Shown here: in pieces, positions 52,350-61,762 of the stretch
How the letters are laid out: each line of letters opens with the position of its first letter
How positions within the stretch are numbered: the stretch's first letter is position 1
Assembly (NCBI GenBank): GCA_028286565.1
Contig: JAQBRH010000004.1
Location: forward strand, 217,567 to 281,566
Source: Parcubacteria group bacterium
GTDB taxonomy: Bacteria; Patescibacteriota; Minisyncoccia; Phycocordibacterales; Zambryskibacteraceae
Length of the DNA stretch: 64,000 nt
Direction: 5' to 3'
Notes under the pieces: model-generated
Database searches by the model: none
Told to the model about the DNA's origin: nothing
The model's input: only the letters and a program-made list of their open reading frames with translations
Program-made: the position numbers and the translations under genes

Positions 52350-53393
52350 ATGCAAGACGCTCGCAGCCACACCTCCGCCAAGGTCATCGCAGAGAGTGTG
52401 TACAGAGGAAGCAGACTCACCACATTCGAGATCGTGTTTCCGCGGATCATTCTCGCGGAATTCAACACGCATCGCTTGCTGAGTCGTAACTCGGCAAGCT
52501 CCCGAGCCTACCCCACATGGAAGGGTTTGGTGAAAGTGGTGGAATACCCGTTTGTTCCATCTCAGTTTGGAAAGAACAAGGCGGGCATGCAATCGACCGA
52601 GGATGTTTCGGAAGGAGATCTCAACGCAGCCAGGCAGAACTGGCTTGTCGGTCGAGATGTCGCGGTTATCCAGGCCTTCTATCTTGCAGGCGGATACGAC
52701 GAGATCATGAGGAACGCCAAAGGCGACCAGCAGGCTGAAGATGCGTGCAGACGCATCGATGAACTGGCCCGCGAGTATCCTGATGTTGTCCGCAAGATGA
52801 AAGCGTTGTCGGTCGGTGTGCACAAGCAGCATGCCAACCGCGTGCTTGAGCCATACGCTTGGCATACTGTGGTTGCCACAGGCGCCCATTGGCGAAATTT
52901 CTACGGACTGCGTGCCTCTAAGGAGGCACAGCCCGAGATCCGCGAAGCCGCTATCGCCATGATCGATGCTCATTTGCAGAGCGTTCCCCGCGAACTTGAT
53001 TGTGGAGAATGGCATCTGCCCTTTATCACTTCCGAAGATCGGGAAGAGGTCAAGGAATGGGAGCCATTGGCGCGCGTGTCGAGCGCCCGCTGCGGTCGCA
53101 CGAGCACTCTTACCCACGACGGCCATCGGAGTATCTCTGAAGACCTCACCATGGCTGACAGACTGCAGGGCCCGGGACATATGTCTCCGTTCGAACATCC
53201 CGCTCGTGCTCCTGAAAAAGGAATTCACTGGAAGTGGAGCAAAGGAGGTAACTTCGGTCGACCCTGGACGCAGTATCGGAAGATGCTGCAGGGGGAACAT
53301 GATTTTTCGAGGCTGGCATCCCCTGAGGATCTTTTGTTGGGAGTAGGAGGAGATCAGAAGAGGCTGGATTTTATCCTTTCTCTCAATGAATGA
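52350..53393 (+). CDS. ThyX-like (flavin-dependent thymidylate synthase family) protein, divergent, with a ~110-aa C-terminal extension
   Basis: ThyX signature region reads NTHRLLSRNSASSRAYP, where the family has RHRxxSxxxxSxRY; the later block ANRVLEP...HWRNFYGLRASKEAQPEIREAA resembles the ThyX ARxVLP...RSLxHFxxLRxxxxAQxEIR block. An alternative GTG start lies at 52317. Confidence 0.6.
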   Translation: MQDARSHTSAKVIAESVYRGSRLTTFEIVFPRIILAEFNTHRLLSRNSASSRAYPTWKGLVKVVEYPFVPSQFGKNKAGMQSTEDVSEGDLNAARQNWLVGRDVAVIQAFYLAGGYDEIMRNAKGDQQAEDACRRIDELAREYPDVVRKMKALSVGVHKQHANRVLEPYAWHTVVATGAHWRNFYGLRASKEAQPEIREAAIAMIDAHLQSVPRELDCGEWHLPFITSEDREEVKEWEPLARVSSARCGRTSTLTHDGHRSISEDLTMADRLQGPGHMSPFEHPARAPEKGIHWKWSKGGNFGRPWTQYRKMLQGEHDFSRLASPEDLLLGVGGDQKRLDFILSLNE

Positions 53394-53519
53394 TCTATAG
53401 CGAGGACCCATGTCCTCGTTTTTTATATAAAATAACTCGTATTTAAAACCGTTAAGTCAACTTGTTTAGTTTTTATATGAGCTTAAGCTAGGCAAAGATA
53501 CTCAATCGAGAGGTTCTTT

Positions 53520-54143
53520 ATGAATGAATTCGGCAAGTTCATTGTGGTGTGTGGGACGGAAGGATCAGGCAAGACCACGGCAGTCAAACGGCTCATGAGT
53601 AGTGACCTTAAAGACTCTTTCGTGGATTCAAGAGAACCGGGAGGTTCTAAGGGTGGTGAAGATATTCGCAAATTCATTTTCGCGAATCCCGATCTTCATA
53701 CCGAAGCCCGTTTCCATCTTTTCTGGGCTGCACGCAAGGATCATTGGAACACTTTGATCTTGCCTGCATTGAAGAGCGGAAAGCATGTGATTTGCGATCG
53801 ATTCGATTGCTGCACCTATGCCTTTCAGTGCTACGGAGAGGAGCATGTCCACCTGCAGAACATCTTCAGGACAATTAGGGAAGATATGTTTCCTAGCTGG
53901 AAAGTAGAGTGGAGGCCGCAGTATATCCACTTCGACTTACCTCCGCTCGTCGGCCTCGGACGAAAGATCGCCGACGGAGATCGCAACTTCTTCGACGACG
54001 AACAGCTCGCTTTTCATGAGAGAGTACGGCGTGGGTACGAAGAATTTGGCAAATTGTTCCCAGTGAAGCGTCTCAATGCTGACCAGGATCCTGAGATGGT
54101 CTGGCGTGATTTCCGCACAAATGTTGAAAAGATCTTGGTGTGA
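53520..54143 (+). CDS. tmk: Thymidylate kinase
   Basis: P-loop VVCGTEGSGKTT, the REPGG motif, and DRFDCCTYAFQ (DRY-like). Confidence 0.85.
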   Translation: MNEFGKFIVVCGTEGSGKTTAVKRLMSSDLKDSFVDSREPGGSKGGEDIRKFIFANPDLHTEARFHLFWAARKDHWNTLILPALKSGKHVICDRFDCCTYAFQCYGEEHVHLQNIFRTIREDMFPSWKVEWRPQYIHFDLPPLVGLGRKIADGDRNFFDDEQLAFHERVRRGYEEFGKLFPVKRLNADQDPEMVWRDFRTNVEKILV

Positions 54144-54185
54144 GCCAAGGTCTTTTTTCTTTGTCAGTTTTAAGTATGATGAAGA

Positions 54186-55809
54186 GGTGAAAAACACTCT
54201 CTATACCTTGGTCGAAGAAGCCCTCGTCTCGCTCGGGGTCGAAGATCAGAAATTCACCATCGAACATCCGACGAACCTCGCCTTCGGGGACTATTCGACG
54301 AATGCGGGGATCATCTCCGGTAAACCTGAAGAATTGGCCGCCGCCCTTCGACGAGCTCAGGGCGATTTGCTTGGGCAAATCGAGAAGATCGAGGTGAAGA
54401 ACGGCTTCATCAACTTCTATCTCTCAAAAGAATTTTTTAAGAAATCGATCGGAGAGATCGCAGAGAAGGGGGGTGATTTCGGCAAGAATGAGAGTTTGAA
54501 AGGGGAGAGAGTGCTCGTCGAACACACCGACCCGAATCCGTTCAAGCCGTTCCATATCGGGCACCTTATGCCAAACGTCGTCGGTTCAACGCTCGCCCGC
54601 ATTTACGAATGGAACGGCGCCGAGGTAAAGGAAGCCTGCTACCAGGGAGATGTAGGCATCCATGTGGCCAAGGCCATCTGGGGGATCCTTCATGGAGAAA
54701 AAGAAGACGCCTACCCGGCCGGCAACAAGGCCTTTGAGGAGAACGAGGAGGCAAAGGAAGAAATTAAAGCGATCAACAAAAAGATTTATGATCGATCTGA
54801 TGAGAAGATCAATCAGCTCTATGACCAGGGGAGAAAGGTAAGCCTCGATTATTTTGATTCTATATATACAAAGCTGGGTACAAAGTTCGATTATTTCTTT
54901 TTCGAATCAGAAACTGCTGGTGTAGGAAAGAAAATAGTAGAAGATCATCCAGAGATATTTGAAAAGTCCGAAGGGGCGGTGATCTTTCATGCAGAGAACC
55001 ACGACAAGTCACTCCACACCCGAGTGTTCATAAACTCAGAAGGGCTGCCTACGTATGAGACCAAGGAGCTTGGCCTGGCCAAAGTGAAGGCAGAAAAATA
55101 TCCATATACAAAGTCGATCGTGGTGACAGGGAATGAGATCAATGAGTATTTCAAGGTGCTTCTTCAGGCGATGAAGCTTATCTTCCCGGACCTTCGCGAG
55201 AAGACTGTGCACATCTCACACGGGATGCTCCGCCGGCCTACAGGCAAGATGAGTTCACGAACCGGAGATGTGATCACTTTCGAAGAACTCCTTGAACAGG
55301 TGAAAGAGAAAATTGCTGAGAAGGGGGACATTGCCCAGGAAGAAGTGGCGATCGGTGCGATCAAATACATGATCCTCCGGTCAAACATCGGAAGCGACAT
55401 CATCTTTGATATTGATAAGTCCGTCTCGACCGAAGGCGACTCCGGCGTCTATCTCCAATATTCATACGCTCGAACCAATTCGCTGTTGGAGAAAGCGCGC
55501 ATCCAAGGCAAGGCCTTACACGCCGATTCCCAAAGCCCCGCCTTGGATACGCGAGAGACTCATTCGCTCGAAAAGCTTTTGTATAGATTCCCGGAGATCG
55601 TAGAGAGGGCCCGAGAGGAGAATGCTCCCAATCTGCTTGTAACATATCTTACCGAGATCGCCGGTTCTTTCTCAAACCTCTACGCTTCCGAGCAGATCAT
55701 TTCCGATTCTCCCGGATCTTCATATCTCCTTGCGGTCACTGAAGCCTTTAATACGGTCATGAAGAACGGCCTCACTATCCTTGGCATCCCAACCCCCGAG
55801 AAGATGTAA
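54186..55809 (+). CDS. argS: Arginyl-tRNA synthetase
   Basis: HIGH motif (PFHIGHLMPNVVG), a class I core, and a C-terminal DALR anticodon-binding domain. I chose the GTG start at 54186 to avoid a 68-nt overlap with tmk; the ORF-track start is 54076. Confidence 0.85.
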
Positions 55810-55832
55810 TTTGAGCCCAAAAGTGCTACAGT

Positions 55833-58800
55833 ATGCCCACAATGCCTGAAGATAAAGGGCTATCTCGTTCCCAAAGGGAGGAGAAGGTCCTCCAATTTTG
55901 GAAAGACAATTCAATATTCGAAAAGAGCCTTGAGAAGCCCTCTCCCAAGGGCGAATTCGTGTTTTATGAAGGCCCCCCGACGGCGAACGGCCGACCCGCC
56001 CTTCACCATCTCGAAGCTCGCTCGTTCAAGGATGCGATCCCACGGTTTAAGACCATGCAGGGATTCCATGTCCGCCGAAAGGCGGGGTGGGACACGCACG
56101 GTCTTCCCGTAGAGATCGAAGCGGAGAAAACCCTCGGCCTTAAATCCAAAAAAGAGATCGAAGCCTACGGGGTGGCAAAATTTAATGCCGAATGCAAACG
56201 AAGCGTCGGGAAATACATCGACGAATGGGCCCGCTTCACCGACCGCATCGGATACTGGACCGACCTCGACGACGCGTACTTTACGTACCACAATTCATAC
56301 ATCGAATCGGTGTGGTCCGTCCTCGCCCATGTGGAGAAGCGAAAACTTTTGTATAAGGACTACAAGGTGGTACCGTGGTGCCCTCGCTGCGGGACGGCCC
56401 TTTCCTCGCACGAACTTGCTCAAGGGTATAAGGACGTCAAAGACCTTTCGCTCTATGTGAAGTTCAAGCTCGTCGATTTCCCAAATGCCTACTTCCTCGC
56501 CTGGACGACCACTCCGTGGACTCTACCCGGGAACGTCGCGCTCGCGGTCGGGCCAGGGATCACCTATGTCGAAGCAAAAGTGGGAGAGACTATCTATGTT
56601 CTAGCCAAAGAGCGGCTCTCCACCCTCACCGAAGAGTATGAAGTCATCGCCGAACACAAAGGCAAAGACATGGTCGGGATGAAGTACGAACCTTTGTATC
56701 CGTTCGTCGAGAACAACGGCAAGGCCTTTCAGATCTATCCGGCGGATTTTGTCACGACCGAAGACGGGACGGGCATCGTCCATACTGCGGTCATGTACGG
56801 GCAGGAAGACTTCGAGCTTGGCACCAAGGTTGGTTTGCCCAAGGTGCATTTGGTAAACCCCGATGCGACATTCAAAGACGGCCTCGACTGGCTCTCCGGC
56901 CGATCGGTCATCGATGAGACGCTTGCGGTCGATATTTTGAAGGACCTCCAAGCCCGCGGACTTTTCTACCACAAAGAGAATCATCTTCATTCGTATCCGT
57001 TCTGCTGGAGGTGCAAGACCAGGCTCATCTACTATGCAAGAGATTCGTGGTACATCAGGATGTCGGAGGTCAGAGATGATCTGGTAAAGGGGAACCAAGA
57101 GATCCACTGGGAGCCGGAGTATATACAAGAAGGCCGATTCGGCGATTGGCTCAGGGAAGTAAAGGACTGGGCGATCTCTCGCGAGCGATACTGGGGGACT
57201 CCTTTGCCGATCTGGCAGACCGCGGACGGAGAGCGCTTGGTCGTTGATTCGATCGACACGCTGAAAAAACACACTAAGAGATCCGGCAACTCATATTTTG
57301 TGATGCGGCACGGCGGAACCGAAGGCAACAGGCAAGAGATCGTCAGCTACAACAACCAAGCGAACGATCATCTGACCGAAGAAGGGAAGATCGGAGTGGA
57401 GACCGCCGCAGAGAAATTGAAAGGCGAAAAGTTCGACCTCATCATCGCCTCGCCGTTTGCGCGGGCGCAGGAGACGGCGAAGATCGTACAGGAGACGATC
57501 GGATTTGATGCAGACATCATTACGGACGAACGCATCCAGGAAATAAATCCGGGCGACTATGACGGCAAGAGCTGGTTCGATTATCATGAAGCGGTCTCGA
57601 GCGAGAAGGACTGGTTCAAAGGCAAACCTCACGGAGGAGAATCATACGAAGAAGTGCAAAAGCGGGTAGGAGAATTCCTCTACGACCTTGAGACGACCTA
57701 CAAAGATAAAAAGATCCTGGTGGTGACGCACGGCGGACCGGCTTGGCTTTTGCATGCGGTATCCGGCGCATATCTCCCGACAAACAAAGAATACAAAGTG
57801 CCCGAGCACACGGTCCCCACCAAGATCTTCGTGCCCGAGTTCACCCGCTTTATGAACGCCGAAGTCCGCGAACTTCTGTTCGTTCCGCTTCCGCACGATG
57901 AGAATTATACGGTCGACCTCCACAAGCCGTTCATCGACGACGTGGTGCTCGAAAAGGACGGCAAGGAATATACACGAGTGAAAGAAGTGATGGATGTGTG
58001 GTTCGACTCCGGCGCCGTGCCCTTTGCCCAAGACGCGAATGATCGAGAAAAGCCGGGAGATTTTAAAAACATTCTATACCCCGCGGATTTTATTTCCGAA
58101 GCCATCGATCAAACCCGCGGATGGTTCTACACCCTGCATGCGATAGGCATCCTCATGGAGAAAGGCCCCGCCTACAAGAACGTTATCTGCCTCGGCCACA
58201 TCATGGACAAGGAAGGCAAGAAGATGAGCAAATCCATAGGCAACGTCGTGGACCCGTGGGAGCAGATAGAAAAGTACGGAGTGGATACGCTGCGCCTCTG
58301 GATGTATTCGGTGAACCAGCCGGGAGAGTCCAAGAACTTTGATGAGCGCTCGGTTGATGAGATCCAGAAGCGGGTCTTTAACCTCGTCGACAACGTCTTT
58401 GCTTTTTATGAGCTCTATCGGGATGCGGGTGTTGAAACTCCTTCATCCGTGCCACAGAGCAATAATATCCTGGACGCGTGGATCCTCACCAAGCTCGGGG
58501 GACTCGTCCTCTATTCGACGACGAAGCTCGAAGGGTATCAGCTCCTGGAGCCGACCCGCGCAATAAGGGCCTTCATCGACGATCTGTCGACGTGGTACGT
58601 GCGCCGATCGCGAGACCGCCTCAAGGCGGGGGAGACGGAAGCAAAGGCGACGCTCTATTTTGTCTTGAAGACCATTTCTAAGCTCCTGGCCCCGTTCGCT
58701 CCGTTCTATGCGGACGATCTCTATCAAAAACTCCGCACGCCAGGAGATCCTTTGAGCGTGCACCTCGACTCGTGGCCCGCACTCGATGCTTCGAACGAAG

Positions 58801-59204
58801 AGCTTCTCAAAAATATGGATACGACGCGCAAACTCGTCTCCTCGGCGCTTGAATTGCGCTCGAGCGCGAATATCAAAGTTCGCCAACCGCTTCAGAAACT
58901 CACCATCAAGAACGATGAGCTCGGCCAAGAGTTCCTCGACATCATCCGCGACGAGCTGAATGTGAAGGAAGTAACAGTGAATAAAGACCTGGCTACCGAG
59001 ATCGAACTCGACCCGACCATTACTCCGGAACTCATGCTCGAAGGCCGCATGCGAGACATCGTCCGCTCTATCCAAGAGATGAGGAAGGGTAATGACTTGA
59101 ATCCCGGAGATATCATGGAATATTCCGTCGCCGAAGAGGACAGAGAGATATTCGAGCGATTCAAAGACCAGATCGTTGCTTTGACGAATATAGAGATCAA
59201 GTAA
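55833..59204 (+). CDS. ileS: Isoleucyl-tRNA synthetase carrying an in-frame histidine-phosphatase (PGAM-like) domain insertion
   Basis: IleRS motifs: PPTANGRPALHH (HIGH-like), the CP1 editing region, WAISRERYWGTPLPIW, DVWFDSG and KMSKS. A ~190-aa insert between WGTPLPIW and DVWFDSG carries the His-phosphatase motifs RHGGTEGN, LTEEG, SPFARAQETA and VVTHGG. Confidence 0.9.
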   Translation: MPTMPEDKGLSRSQREEKVLQFWKDNSIFEKSLEKPSPKGEFVFYEGPPTANGRPALHHLEARSFKDAIPRFKTMQGFHVRRKAGWDTHGLPVEIEAEKTLGLKSKKEIEAYGVAKFNAECKRSVGKYIDEWARFTDRIGYWTDLDDAYFTYHNSYIESVWSVLAHVEKRKLLYKDYKVVPWCPRCGTALSSHELAQGYKDVKDLSLYVKFKLVDFPNAYFLAWTTTPWTLPGNVALAVGPGITYVEAKVGETIYVLAKERLSTLTEEYEVIAEHKGKDMVGMKYEPLYPFVENNGKAFQIYPADFVTTEDGTGIVHTAVMYGQEDFELGTKVGLPKVHLVNPDATFKDGLDWLSGRSVIDETLAVDILKDLQARGLFYHKENHLHSYPFCWRCKTRLIYYARDSWYIRMSEVRDDLVKGNQEIHWEPEYIQEGRFGDWLREVKDWAISRERYWGTPLPIWQTADGERLVVDSIDTLKKHTKRSGNSYFVMRHGGTEGNRQEIVSYNNQANDHLTEEGKIGVETAAEKLKGEKFDLIIASPFARAQETAKIVQETIGFDADIITDERIQEINPGDYDGKSWFDYHEAVSSEKDWFKGKPHGGESYEEVQKRVGEFLYDLETTYKDKKILVVTHGGPAWLLHAVSGAYLPTNKEYKVPEHTVPTKIFVPEFTRFMNAEVRELLFVPLPHDENYTVDLHKPFIDDVVLEKDGKEYTRVKEVMDVWFDSGAVPFAQDANDREKPGDFKNILYPADFISEAIDQTRGWFYTLHAIGILMEKGPAYKNVICLGHIMDKEGKKMSKSIGNVVDPWEQIEKYGVDTLRLWMYSVNQPGESKNFDERSVDEIQKRVFNLVDNVFAFYELYRDAGVETPSSVPQSNNILDAWILTKLGGLVLYSTTKLEGYQLLEPTRAIRAFIDDLSTWYVRRSRDRLKAGETEAKATLYFVLKTISKLLAPFAPFYADDLYQKLRTPGDPLSVHLDSWPALDASNEELLKNMDTTRKLVSSALELRSSANIKVRQPLQKLTIKNDELGQEFLDIIRDELNVKEVTVNKDLATEIELDPTITPELMLEGRMRDIVRSIQEMRKGNDLNPGDIMEYSVAEEDREIFERFKDQIVALTNIEIK

Positions 59205-59794
59205 TGTCTTATAATATTTACACGACTCGAGGGCTCGTTTTGTCCGCGAGGCCTCTTCGCGAAGCCGATCGCTTGTATTCGATCCTCACCCGCGACCTCG
59301 GGCTTATCTATGCGCGGGCGCTCGGGGTGAGGAAGGAAGCCTCAAAACTTCGAAGCAGCCTTGAGCCATATTCTCTCGTGCATGTATCCGTGGTAAAGGG
59401 GCAGGTCCAGTGGAGAGCGACAAGCGCGTCTCTGGTTGCGCCGCCGAGCGTGCTTGATCACAAGAAAAAAGTATTCAAATCTCTTGTTCGAGGCCTCTCG
59501 CTCCTCGAGCGGCTCGTGCAAGGAGAAGAGAAGCACCCCGAGCTGTACGACTCGGTTGAAGAAATTTGCCGCTTTGCCGCGAGCGAGGAAGTGGGAGCGG
59601 AAGATGGGGAAGCGCTCGAGACGATCCTCGTCGCCCGCCTGCTGTTCCACCTCGGATATCTGTCCGAAAAGGATGTGCCGGAACATATTGTGAAAGGCGA
59701 GCTTACCCGGGAACTCGTAGCAGAAACTTCGAGGAATAAGAAAAAGATAATAGAAGTTATTAACCACGGCCTAGAGAATACGGATCTTACATAA
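59204..59794 (+). CDS. recO: DNA repair protein RecO
   Basis: N-terminal OB fold (RGLVLSARPLREADRLYSILTRDLG) and overall RecO-like length and helical C-terminus. Confidence 0.75.
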   Translation: MSYNIYTTRGLVLSARPLREADRLYSILTRDLGLIYARALGVRKEASKLRSSLEPYSLVHVSVVKGQVQWRATSASLVAPPSVLDHKKKVFKSLVRGLSLLERLVQGEEKHPELYDSVEEICRFAASEEVGAEDGEALETILVARLLFHLGYLSEKDVPEHIVKGELTRELVAETSRNKKKIIEVINHGLENTDLT

Positions 59795-59809
59795 TGATAT
59801 AATACGACC

Positions 59810-61729
59810 ATGGAAGACGAGAGGAGCAATATAAATAAATTGAACGAGTCGCTGTATTCGCGCACCCGCTATCAGGCCCCGGATGACCGCCGTACTCCGC
59901 TTGTTGCAAGCGAGGCGCCGGACGTAAGCGAATCCTTCGACTCCAAATCGATCGACGACATGATAAAAGAAGACCGCCGCAGGAACGAGAACCATCCGAT
60001 CATGGCAAAGATGTTCACCTTTGCTCTTATTTTCTGCTTGGCCGCCGCCGCGGTCGCGGGCTATATCTATCTCGCCGGAGGGAACCTCATTTCTTCGAAG
60101 AATGTGGAGATCTCGGTCCTCGGACCCGTGTCCGTGGCTGCCGGAGCTCCGCTCGAGCTTGGGGTGACCATTTCGAACAAGAATAACGCCGATCTCGCCA
60201 CCGTGAACATGGTGGTCGAATATCCGGAAGGCACCCGCTCCGCCGAAGACTCGACGAAGACCCTGGCTCGAGACAAAGTGGCGGTCGGAGCTATCGCCGC
60301 GGGTGCTTCGGCTACCCGCACCGAGCGGGCCATCCTCTTCGGCCAAAAAGGGGACATTAAAACCGTCATCATTAACCTTGAATACAGGGTCCAAGGATCG
60401 AACGCTATTTTCTCCAAACAAAAGTCGTATGACATTTCCATCGGCTCCGCGCCGGTCACCATGACGGTGGATGAGCCTCCGACGGTTACTTCCGGTAATA
60501 CATTTCAAACCAAGATCACCATTCTCGCTAACTCAAGCGAGATTTTGAAAGATGTGCTGATCCGCGGCGAATATCCGTACGGGTATTCCGTCTCAAGCGC
60601 CGTGCCGAATCCCTCTGCCGGAGACAATATCTGGTCGCTCGGCGACCTCCAGCCCGGAGAGAAGCGAGAGATCGTCATTAAAGGAATTCTTCTCGGTGAG
60701 AATCAAGAGGAGCGAACTTTTAGGTTTTATGCGGGAGTAGGGAAGACCGGAGATCCGAACAAATTCGAAAGCACTCTTTCTCTTTCTACCCAAACGGTCC
60801 AGATCAGCCGCTCATCGCTCAGCCTGGCCGTCAGCTTGAACGGAGAAAATACGTCCTCGTACATCGCTCCGGCGGGCAATGTTATCCAAGGGGCGGTTTC
60901 GTATAAAAATAATCTCCCGACGAACGCCTCGAATGGCCGTATCCAGGTGACGCTTTCGGGGGCGGCGCTTGATAAGTTTTCTATTCAAGCGGACAAGGGC
61001 GGATTTTATAATTCGAGCAACAATACAATAGAATGGAATCCTTCGAACTACCCCGAGCTTGCCACCTTGTCTCCCGGCGAATCGGGGCAGGTTAGCTTCG
61101 CCTTCTCATCCCTCGCCGTCCTTCCTCCCGGAGCGAAGAACAACGAGATGTCCCTGAACACGAGACTCACAGCCGATCCATCAAGCGGGGATACTCAAAG
61201 CATCCTCACGGCTTCCGCCACGAACTCGGTCAAGGTCGCTTCAGAAGTGACGCTGTCGGCCAAGGCTCTTTACTCGCGCGGACCGTTCAAGAACACGGGC
61301 CCTATCCCCCCAAAAGCCGAGAAGCCGACGACCTACACGCTTGTGCTCGACCTCGGGAACACTCAAAACGATGTAACCGGCGCCGTGGTCACGGGCAAGC
61401 TCGGACCGAACGTCACCTGGACGGATAAAACGAGCGTCACCGGAGGACAGATCTCGTACGATCCCGCGGCGAATGTTTTAACATGGGTCGTGGATAAACT
61501 TCCCTCGGGTGCCGGGTTCTCAGGCAAGGCGCTCGAAGCGGTGTTCCAGGTATCCTTGAATCCGTCGATCGGCCAGGTCGGCTCTTCACCGATCCTTGTT
61601 TCCGGACTCTCCTTCAGCGGGACAGACTCGTTCACGAACTCCAAGGTGAGCTTTGCTCTGCCTGCGGTCACTACCCGCATCACTTCCGACCCCGCCTATG
61701 TCCAAGGGGACGACCTGGTTGTTAAATAG
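59810..61729 (+). CDS. Large membrane-anchored surface protein with repeated beta-rich (Ig-like) domains, hypothetical
   Basis: Cytoplasmic N-terminus, a TM helix (FTFALIFCLAAAAVAGYIYLAG), then ~540 aa of Ser/Thr/Gly/Asn-rich extracellular repeats. 639 aa. Confidence 0.55.
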   Translation: MEDERSNINKLNESLYSRTRYQAPDDRRTPLVASEAPDVSESFDSKSIDDMIKEDRRRNENHPIMAKMFTFALIFCLAAAAVAGYIYLAGGNLISSKNVEISVLGPVSVAAGAPLELGVTISNKNNADLATVNMVVEYPEGTRSAEDSTKTLARDKVAVGAIAAGASATRTERAILFGQKGDIKTVIINLEYRVQGSNAIFSKQKSYDISIGSAPVTMTVDEPPTVTSGNTFQTKITILANSSEILKDVLIRGEYPYGYSVSSAVPNPSAGDNIWSLGDLQPGEKREIVIKGILLGENQEERTFRFYAGVGKTGDPNKFESTLSLSTQTVQISRSSLSLAVSLNGENTSSYIAPAGNVIQGAVSYKNNLPTNASNGRIQVTLSGAALDKFSIQADKGGFYNSSNNTIEWNPSNYPELATLSPGESGQVSFAFSSLAVLPPGAKNNEMSLNTRLTADPSSGDTQSILTASATNSVKVASEVTLSAKALYSRGPFKNTGPIPPKAEKPTTYTLVLDLGNTQNDVTGAVVTGKLGPNVTWTDKTSVTGGQISYDPAANVLTWVVDKLPSGAGFSGKALEAVFQVSLNPSIGQVGSSPILVSGLSFSGTDSFTNSKVSFALPAVTTRITSDPAYVQGDDLVVK

Positions 61730-61762
61730 AGAATACGCTAGAATAGGCGCTACAACAGCCCT

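Noticed and set aside
52230-53411. 393-aa minus-strand ORF
   Set aside because: Antisense to the ThyX-like gene; it lacks domain signals and is Arg-rich.
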